Shown here: positions 57,012 to 64,000 of the stretch, in pieces
Position numbering within the stretch: position 1 is the first letter of the stretch
How the letters are laid out: every line of letters starts with the position of its first letter
Virus record (IMG/VR): IMGVR_UViG_3300030117_004164
Coordinates: 7,216-71,215 of that record
Direction: 5' to 3' (one strand)
Origin: a virus
Length of the DNA stretch: 64,000 bases
The notes under the pieces: generated by a model
What the model saw: only the letters and a program-made list of their open reading frames with translations
The model's database searches: none
What the model was told of the DNA's origin: nothing
Program-made: the position numbers and the translations under genes

Positions 57012-57379
57012 TCTACGTTTTTTGCTTCATCCCCCTGTAATTCCGTAAACGGATTTGGGAGAATTTCTTTTAGTTGATTGCCCACAAAGGGCGTGAGTCG
57101 TAATAAATCGACAGCACTAAGCGAAGGCTCAGTTTTGTCGATAAAGTTGTCAACCATAAATTTGTACATAGCGTTCAAATCTAAATCCATTTCTTGCGTT
57201 TTGGCATTTAGTTTTAACACGCTAGTTGTGGCTTGTTCTACTTGTAGCCACGTTGGTTGTTTAATCCAAACTTTCAAATATTCTTCTGAGTCAGGCGATA
57301 CTTTAACATAATGTAGTTCGCTCTCACTCCCAATAAATAAGGCATTTTTATCATTCACTATTTGCTTTTCTTCAAACAT
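57008..57379 (-). CDS. Tail assembly chaperone (gpG-like)
   Basis: Between major tail and tape measure genes; slippery heptamer at 57017-57023. Confidence 0.7.
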   Translation of the reverse strand: MFEEKQIVNDKNALFIGSESELHYVKVSPDSEEYLKVWIKQPTWLQVEQATTSVLKLNAKTQEMDLDLNAMYKFMVDNFIDKTEPSLSAVDLLRLTPFVGNQLKEILPNPFTELQGDEAKNVD

Positions 57380-57435
57380 TTCATCACTTCCACCTACCAC
57401 TTTACATACACACATACTGTGGTGGAATTTTATGT

Positions 57436-57555
57436 TTATTCTACGGGTTCATCTTTTTTCTCCGTTTTCTTATTAATTGGCTTGGGCTTTTTGGCTTTTT
57501 TAGCCTCGTCTAACCTATCTTGCATAACTTTTCTTTTATCAAATTTATCAGCCAT
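57436..57555 (-). CDS. 39-aa Lys-rich microprotein
   Basis: Hand-translated MADKFDKRK...; GGTGA SD. Confidence 0.5.
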   Translation of the reverse strand: MADKFDKRKVMQDRLDEAKKAKKPKPINKKTEKKDEPVE

Positions 57556-57561
57556 TTAAAA

Positions 57562-59223
57562 TCACCCCTGTAATACCCAATGGGTAGTTACTTCGCATAA
57601 ATGTAAATCTCTTGGCATAACAGTTGCTTCAACTGTAATTGGGCCTCTATCTTCAGGAATAGTAACATTTGAATTGTTAATATGGTAGTTCTTAAATTGT
57701 AGTTTAATTTTTTCAGTATTACTCTTAGTAAATTCTAATTGAATTAACCCATTAGTACTACCATCAGTTACTACACTTGTTGAAGTAGATTCAGTTTCAT
57801 TAAACAACTCTTCAAATAACTTGTTATCAGTAATTAAAGCAGTAAATGATAGTTCGTAATTTCTTTGTGCAGGAATACCATATTTTAAATCTTTGGTTGA
57901 AATTCCAACAAATCGCTTATCTTGAATGTTGTTATTAATAGTTAAAGATAAACTTGTAATCTTTAAAAATTCTTGACCAAAGATACTAAATGAACCATCT
58001 GAGAAAAAGAAAGGTTCTAAAAATTCTGCTTCATCTGCGGCTTGTTCATAATTAAATAATTGTGAATTTTCCTGAATACCAGCACGAGCCTCATAACTTT
58101 CATTTGTTGCTAATTTGTGAACACCTGCGGTATTTAAATCCATAGTCATTTTCATTTCTTCATTTTCATTAGCAGTTATGGTCATTGTGTTTACGCGATT
58201 ACCTCTAGCAATTCTTGTAAATGCGTGAGATTCAGTCCCAATACTAGTATCACCTGTTTTAAGTGAATTACTTGCTTCTAACTTACTAATACTTTGTTCT
58301 AAAGCAAAAGAAGGTAATAGACCTGTATTTCCTTCTGTAAATGTATATTTAATTGCATTTGTTAGGGCAGTAGCCGTAGTAGTGGTTCTATCTAGTAATT
58401 CTAATTGACTCACATCATTCAAAGGTTTTAGAATTGGAGGGGTAAATTCTGTACCACCTCTTCGTGTTTTGTAGAAAATTGGACCAGTTCCGATAAATTC
58501 AGCATCAGTAATATCAGCAGTTTCAGCACCACCAGCAGTAGTATCAAGATAGACTCTTCTGCTATCATCACCTGATGGGCTTGCTTCAGCATTAAATTCA
58601 TCTGATACTGTTACCGCCTCAAAAGTAGCATTAATATTAGAACAATGCCCTAAAGCATAATAAAGGAAAGCACCATGATGAGTGGCTAAATTAATATTTG
58701 CGCCTGATGCAGTTTTAATACCTTTGTATTGATGAGTAAAATTGCGTGTTCCGCCAAGATTAAGATTTAATTGTTTCATCTCAACATCAACGTTTGGAAA
58801 AGTAGCACTTTCGACTAGACCAAGCCAATTATCAGCATTTAACCTTTTAACTGTACCATCTTTAGTTCCAACACAAGGTGCAGCATATCCTCTAATTACA
58901 GCAAAATCGCCATTTGCTAGAGTAACTTCATGACGAGGGGTAATTGTAAATTCATCAGAATCATTTGCAGTAATAGTATGACTTGAAACTGGGGTTGTTG
59001 AACTAGCACCATCATATAAATCTAAAACACATCCGACATATAAATTATCTACTAATAAATATTCAGCAGCAAAATCAGTATGAACTTTTAATTTAGTTCT
59101 AACATCACCACTATCATAACCTGCACCTGTTTGAGAATGCAAAATTTCAACGTATAAGTCTACTTCTGGTACTAACGTTAATGTTGCACCACTACCCAGA
59201 AAAATTTCTTCGTTTATTGCCAT
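57562..59223 (-). CDS. Major tail (tube) protein with insertion domains
   Basis: LPSFALEQ, RGNRVNTMTI, SLSLTINNNI...RNYELSF; synteny. Confidence 0.7.
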   Translation of the reverse strand: MAINEEIFLGSGATLTLVPEVDLYVEILHSQTGAGYDSGDVRTKLKVHTDFAAEYLLVDNLYVGCVLDLYDGASSTTPVSSHTITANDSDEFTITPRHEVTLANGDFAVIRGYAAPCVGTKDGTVKRLNADNWLGLVESATFPNVDVEMKQLNLNLGGTRNFTHQYKGIKTASGANINLATHHGAFLYYALGHCSNINATFEAVTVSDEFNAEASPSGDDSRRVYLDTTAGGAETADITDAEFIGTGPIFYKTRRGGTEFTPPILKPLNDVSQLELLDRTTTTATALTNAIKYTFTEGNTGLLPSFALEQSISKLEASNSLKTGDTSIGTESHAFTRIARGNRVNTMTITANENEEMKMTMDLNTAGVHKLATNESYEARAGIQENSQLFNYEQAADEAEFLEPFFFSDGSFSIFGQEFLKITSLSLTINNNIQDKRFVGISTKDLKYGIPAQRNYELSFTALITDNKLFEELFNETESTSTSVVTDGSTNGLIQLEFTKSNTEKIKLQFKNYHINNSNVTIPEDRGPITVEATVMPRDLHLCEVTTHWVLQG

Positions 59224-59251
59224 TTAAAATCACCTTTATTTTACGTACATA

Positions 59252-59833
59252 CTAAGGTATGGAAACCGCATACTTTTTCATATCTGCGGTCAATTTGTAC
59301 CCGAATAATCTTTTGTTTCTATTATTTGATTCTGTTCTATTTCCTACAAATAATTGATTCATCTTTAAAGATTTACCATCGGATAATGTAATTGTCGCCC
59401 CCTTACGGTTCTGTTCTAACCTATGTCGTATTACTTTATAGAGGTTTGCCAACCGACTACGGGCAAAGTTTGGGTCGGATGCGCCTCTTTCATCTTGAAG
59501 GGTTCTAACATCTATTGTCATGTTATAATTCTCATTACGAACATCCCAAGATATTGTTGGGTATTCAATAGTTTGACCACTTTCATAAATAATAATTAAA
59601 TCACCTGAAGATAAATCATATCTCATGGCAGTATTTTTATTCATATTTCTAATATCTACAACTGTTGGTGTTCCAACTAATGTTGCCCAAGAACCGCCTA
59701 AAACAGTTTCTGCCGATTTAGCCCAACTATTTGTTGAAGAAAATGATGCGCCATTTATTTGACTCACTGTTACAGAATTATCTGAATAACCAGAAGGGTC
59801 TAATAATGCAACTAAATATGTAGTTTCATCCAT
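59252..59833 (-). CDS. Tail terminator/completion-like protein
   Basis: Synteny upstream of the major tail gene. Confidence 0.45.
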   Translation of the reverse strand: MDETTYLVALLDPSGYSDNSVTVSQINGASFSSTNSWAKSAETVLGGSWATLVGTPTVVDIRNMNKNTAMRYDLSSGDLIIIYESGQTIEYPTISWDVRNENYNMTIDVRTLQDERGASDPNFARSRLANLYKVIRHRLEQNRKGATITLSDGKSLKMNQLFVGNRTESNNRNKRLFGYKLTADMKKYAVSIP

Positions 59834-59837
59834 AGTA

Positions 59838-60068
59838 TCATCTCAATGCTGTGCGTAAATCTTCATCATATGCGTTAAGAATTTGTTCTTCCAAATCATA
59901 CATGAATTTATTGTAAACTCTTTCTGATATTAATTCTTTATCTATATTAGAAAATGATGGAAAATAAGAAGCAATTACTTTTTCTCTTTCTATTTCGATT
60001 TCTACTAATTGTTCTATTAAACTTTTAGCGTTACTTAATTTATTAATTGCCTCTTCTAATTTACCCAT
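59838..60068 (-). CDS. Hypothetical protein
   Basis: ORF track. Confidence 0.55.
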   Translation of the reverse strand: MGKLEEAINKLSNAKSLIEQLVEIEIEREKVIASYFPSFSNIDKELISERVYNKFMYDLEEQILNAYDEDLRTALR

Positions 60069-60070
60069 TA

Positions 60071-60355
60071 TTACAACTTCCTATAAACTGTATGTTTCAT
60101 GTTATTAATATATTTTATATTACCTTCATACCCTCTATTTTTAAGCATATTACCTAATATTGATTTTAAATTTATAGCGCGGTTAGTAGGATTATAACGT
60201 AAGTAAGTTGATACTATCATTTTATTAAAATCCTCAATAGTAAATTCTTCTTCCATGTTTGGTAAAACGTGGTCTACAATTTTTCTCAAATGGTCCATAT
60301 TAACCTTTTTTCTTTTTCTTGTTTTAAGAACTTTTTCCCATGACATATTAATCAC
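60071..60355 (-). CDS. Basic wHTH-like protein with W-x-x-VLK motif
   Basis: MSWEKVLK...FTIEDF. Confidence 0.6.
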   Translation of the reverse strand: MINMSWEKVLKTRKRKKVNMDHLRKIVDHVLPNMEEEFTIEDFNKMIVSTYLRYNPTNRAINLKSILGNMLKNRGYEGNIKYINNMKHTVYRKL

Positions 60356-61440
60356 TCAATCAAAAAGATAGTTTCCTTAGTTAAATTAAGAGCCTCTTCT
60401 GCATCCTTCTTTAGTAAATCATATTTAGTTTTTAAGTCTATTTGATTTCCAGACTCTGCAATCAAAACTGTTTGGTCATCGTGTCTTAGAATTTCACAAG
60501 CGGCTAATTTAGTTGCAGCATCAGAAATAATTCCTGGAACTCTAGGATTACCTGAAATATATGTTACTCGTATAGAATTTTTTTCTAAATATGGAAAATT
60601 AGTTCTAAAGAAAATTCTACCTTCATCATCAAGTGTCCAAAAAGTACCAATTCTTCTCATTTCTTCATTGTCTGTAAAATCTGTTTTAGAAAGTCCTGAA
60701 CCTGTTACTGCAATAGTACAATTAGAACCATCATCATTAGGCAATAAAGATGAAATATTAACTTTAGTTTGGTCCTCGGAATCTACTTCAGCAAAGAAAT
60801 AATCTGATGAATTTCTACCATTACTTCCAACTAAAGATTTAGGGGCTGTTGCGCCGGTAAATCTAGCAGTTTGAGCAGGGTAAGTTTCATTAATTAAATG
60901 TACAATTTCTTCTGCTATGGTTTTAGCACCAAAAGCGTTATTGTATTGACTATCTGTGGTTCCTTTATTTAGAACAAATGTTGTGCTATCTGGTAAAGTT
61001 AAAGTAATACTTCCACTAGAACCTCTTTGGTCATGAGTTACAGTAATACTAGCAGTTGCCGAAGCAAGTTCTACATACCTATTACCTTGCCAAACTTGTA
61101 AACTAATAATTTTGCGAATATGTCTGTGGTTGAGTTGCACAAAACCGATGTAATCCGACCACCAAGTAGGGGTTCGGCGCAGATTGCCGGTCGGACTTCT
61201 GAAGTTGTGCATCTCATGTTTATACACAATGGGTCTATATGTCATTCCAGTGCGTTCATCTATGTAATCCTCTATATTTTTGATTATGGAACCCACTTGG
61301 TCGTATGATGGGTTCGTCGTCGCACTGAAGGATGGTATTTGTAGCAAATCTGCCACTAAGTTCTCATTTGTGTAATGACCTTGCCCAATTGCATAATTAG
61401 GGTTTACAGCAGTATAGTCTGATGGTGATGATAGTTTCAT
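60352..61440 (-). CDS. Head-tail adaptor-like protein
   Basis: IEDYIDERTG...IRVTYISG...VPGIISDAATKLAA. Confidence 0.65.
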   Translation of the reverse strand: MKLSSPSDYTAVNPNYAIGQGHYTNENLVADLLQIPSFSATTNPSYDQVGSIIKNIEDYIDERTGMTYRPIVYKHEMHNFRSPTGNLRRTPTWWSDYIGFVQLNHRHIRKIISLQVWQGNRYVELASATASITVTHDQRGSSGSITLTLPDSTTFVLNKGTTDSQYNNAFGAKTIAEEIVHLINETYPAQTARFTGATAPKSLVGSNGRNSSDYFFAEVDSEDQTKVNISSLLPNDDGSNCTIAVTGSGLSKTDFTDNEEMRRIGTFWTLDDEGRIFFRTNFPYLEKNSIRVTYISGNPRVPGIISDAATKLAACEILRHDDQTVLIAESGNQIDLKTKYDLLKKDAEEALNLTKETIFLIE

Positions 61441-61442
61441 TT

Positions 61443-62873
61443 TTAATCACTTCCTTGTATTCTAGATATTGCAGAATTTAATTGTTTTAACCTATTAGAT
61501 ACATGAGTCGCTAAATAGTTTCTATAAGAATTATAACCTCTTCCTTTAATTTTATCCCCTCTTGCTGAAACCATTCTAGTAGTTTCTCCAGTAAAACCTT
61601 CTCCCATATTATATCTTTGAACACTAGATTCTCCTGCAACCGTTGTTAAAAGTTCTTTGACTAGTTCTCTTTTTTGATTGTAAACCCAACTTACTTCGCT
61701 AGTAATATTTCCTGTTTCATCTTCTCTAATTTTAAATAATAATTCATAGTTACCAACTGATGTTACAGATAGAGGTAATGTCCCTTTTAAGAAATCCCAA
61801 AGATTATTGTTTTTAGAATTCCATAACTTAAGAAACCATTTTTTAATGTCTTCTTTGGTTGGGTCATCTATAATATCTTCTATCCTTTCGTTAAAAATAT
61901 GACGTTTATTCCACTCCCTAATCATTTCTTGTGCGCCTTCGGATTCAGCATATTCTTTTTCTCTTTCTTTAAATTCATCAGTTTTTGGTAAATTTTTTGG
62001 TTTAGTTTTAATTCCTAATCTTGATACTTCTGATTCTTTTATTCGACCCTCTGTACCTTCAACCGCAGGGTCATCTTCAATAACTTCTAAATCTCCACTT
62101 GGTACAGAAGTTTCTATTTCAAATTTAGGTTTTTTAGAAGATTTTTCTGTTTCGCGAGCATCAACATATTGAACCTTTTGACCCTTAAATATATCTTCAA
62201 CTCTTTTCTTGTGAATAGAAGAATTAGTATCAAAACCAAAAGATATTGTAAAATCTAAAGACGTTTGCTTTGCGCGCTCTTCTAAAATACTTTTTGATTT
62301 AGTAATTCTAACTTCTAAATTTTTCACTACACTTTCTAAATCTTTCTTTTCTAAAGGTATTAAACCTTTTACTAATTTTTGCTGTTTTGCAGTTAAATCT
62401 TCTTTACCATATCTAAATAAAGATTGGTCAAATTCTGAAATGTCGGATGCAATTTCTCCAACTTTCCAAGACCTATCATCATCATCTAAATATAGCAAAT
62501 CTAAAAACAAAGGTTTACCGCTTATTGGCAACTTATGATTACCAATATACAATTTAACTGCATCCTTTACAGTCATATTTAAAATTGAATCTAATGCAGT
62601 TTGAATATCTTTACTAAATTTTTGTGCTTTTTCATCATTCCATTTAGTTTCATCAGGAATAGAAACAGGATAAGCAGAAATGGTTCTTTCTTCAATATTT
62701 CTAATCTGATTGGGAACAACGTCCCATTCATCAGAATTAGGAAAATCTAAAAGATACCCACCTAAAGACTTTGCTAAAATGTTAGGGTTAGTAATCATTC
62801 GTCTACGTTCATCTAATAGATTAGTTGGCTTTTTACCCTCTAATATATTAAACCATTGTACACGATTTGGCAT
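61443..62873 (-). CDS. Hypothetical 476-aa protein
   Basis: ORF track. Confidence 0.7.
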   Translation of the reverse strand: MPNRVQWFNILEGKKPTNLLDERRRMITNPNILAKSLGGYLLDFPNSDEWDVVPNQIRNIEERTISAYPVSIPDETKWNDEKAQKFSKDIQTALDSILNMTVKDAVKLYIGNHKLPISGKPLFLDLLYLDDDDRSWKVGEIASDISEFDQSLFRYGKEDLTAKQQKLVKGLIPLEKKDLESVVKNLEVRITKSKSILEERAKQTSLDFTISFGFDTNSSIHKKRVEDIFKGQKVQYVDARETEKSSKKPKFEIETSVPSGDLEVIEDDPAVEGTEGRIKESEVSRLGIKTKPKNLPKTDEFKEREKEYAESEGAQEMIREWNKRHIFNERIEDIIDDPTKEDIKKWFLKLWNSKNNNLWDFLKGTLPLSVTSVGNYELLFKIREDETGNITSEVSWVYNQKRELVKELLTTVAGESSVQRYNMGEGFTGETTRMVSARGDKIKGRGYNSYRNYLATHVSNRLKQLNSAISRIQGSD

Positions 62874-62886
62874 TCATTTTGCCCCC

Positions 62887-63561
62887 TCACACTAGCCACT
62901 TTGCCCATGCTGCTGCTTTAGCCATTTTTTGACCTAAACCAATTCCACCACTAGGCGGTGTATATGACATTTGGCCTGTATTTGGGTCAATCCAATAAGG
63001 ATTATTCATTTGGTCGTAACCATTAGGTGGAATTGGATAACCACTTTGCATTCCTTGATTTATACCCATTACACCTCCGGCCATTCCACCGGATGCTGCT
63101 CCCATTCCAACACCTTGAGCAACTGTATAGTTTTGTGCTTGTCCTGTTGTTTGTGGGCTAAATCCTTGACTTTCAAGATATTGTTGTTTAGCCATCTTAC
63201 GCTGATGAATAACTTCACTATTTACTGCACTAGCAAGAATTTGTTGAATATCTAATTGGATATTTTCCTCTGTAATCTTTTGATAATCAGATAGACATTT
63301 TTCTTGTAAAGTAATATGATTTGTTGTTGGATTTAAAACAAACTCTAAACTACCTAACATATCTGCTACTACTCTTTGAACAACATCTTCCATAAGTTTT
63401 TCTAAAGCGGCCATAAATTCAGGACCGTGATATTGAAAGAATTCTTCTACATGGTTCTCTTGCAAAGTTAAGAGATTATTCATACTCTTGAAACTCTGAT
63501 TCTGAGAATCCGACAGTGCTGCGTTTAATGTACTACTTCTCACCATTTTCTTCAACCTCAA
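62887..63561 (-). CDS. Hypothetical protein with G/Q/M-rich low-complexity C-terminal half
   Basis: ORF track. Confidence 0.65.
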   Translation of the reverse strand: MRLKKMVRSSTLNAALSDSQNQSFKSMNNLLTLQENHVEEFFQYHGPEFMAALEKLMEDVVQRVVADMLGSLEFVLNPTTNHITLQEKCLSDYQKITEENIQLDIQQILASAVNSEVIHQRKMAKQQYLESQGFSPQTTGQAQNYTVAQGVGMGAASGGMAGGVMGINQGMQSGYPIPPNGYDQMNNPYWIDPNTGQMSYTPPSGGIGLGQKMAKAAAWAKWLV

Positions 63562-64000
63562 TTAAAGGAATAATTTTTTGTATTTGCGAAAGTTTTCCTT
63601 GAACTTCCAACATAATTCTAGTATATTGCATATGGGCTGTTTCTTTTGTCCCTTTTGGTGGTTCAATTACCCATCCTGCTGATACTAGAGTTGTAACGTC
63701 TGCTGGCGATAAATCCGTTAATGGGCCTCTTTGCATCATTTTTGGGACCTTAGCCTTTGGAATATATTTCTTGAATTCTAATCCATGATTATTTGCAAGA
63801 ATTTGTTGTTCTAATGTTTCCATTTGAATGTACATTGATGCGTGTTTAGGGCAATATGTTCCTTTTAGTGGTCTACCCTTGTGAACTTCAGATAATGGAA
63901 TTGGTGGCCTCATTGTATCTGATGCTTCCCATTCGTGATAAGCCCCACAAACCACGCATCTATGACGAACATTAAATTTAAATCCATATTTAATAAACAA
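63533..64000 (-). CDS. Zn-binding hypothetical protein (5' partial)
   Basis: CVVCG...YCPKH. Confidence 0.6.
   Translation of the reverse strand: MFIKYGFKFNVRHRCVVCGAYHEWEASDTMRPPIPLSEVHKGRPLKGTYCPKHASMYIQMETLEQQILANNHGLEFKKYIPKAKVPKMMQRGPLTDLSPADVTTLVSAGWVIEPPKGTKETAHMQYTRIMLEVQGKLSQIQKIIPLIEVEENGEK

Overview
This is a 64-kb segment of an AT-rich tailed dsDNA virus of archaea. The gene set most resembles magroviruses of Marine Group II Euryarchaeota (Poseidoniales); that assignment is inferred from gene content, not from a database hit. Layout: (1) 1-3.6 kb, minus-strand genes, including a possible small terminase subunit and a run of proteins sharing an N-terminal W-x-x-[VILM]-L-K motif. 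(2) About 3.7-10.4 kb, a largely non-coding control region. It holds 14 palindromic CATATG(G) sites that divide it into units of small genes or hairpin-rich non-coding modules, including two covarying paralogous structured elements, seven GNRNA-pentaloop hairpins and a ~450-nt ncRNA candidate. An iteron-like origin candidate follows near the strand switch. (3) 10.4-43.4 kb, plus-strand early/middle genes: tRNA-Lys with a BHB intron, tRNA-Leu, class II RNR, TFB, a dispersed ubiquitin-like system (Ubl ending GG-Q, ThiF/E1, JAB/JAMM protease), GroES/GroEL, PC4, two histone-fold candidates and a near-complete archaeal-type replisome (ligase, RFC, SSB, PCNA, split PolB, Cas4-like nuclease, primase, ERCC4 nuclease, MCM-like helicase). 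(4) 43.6-64 kb, minus-strand tail and neck module with a -1 frameshift tail chaperone. All protein calls come from motif recognition by eye.
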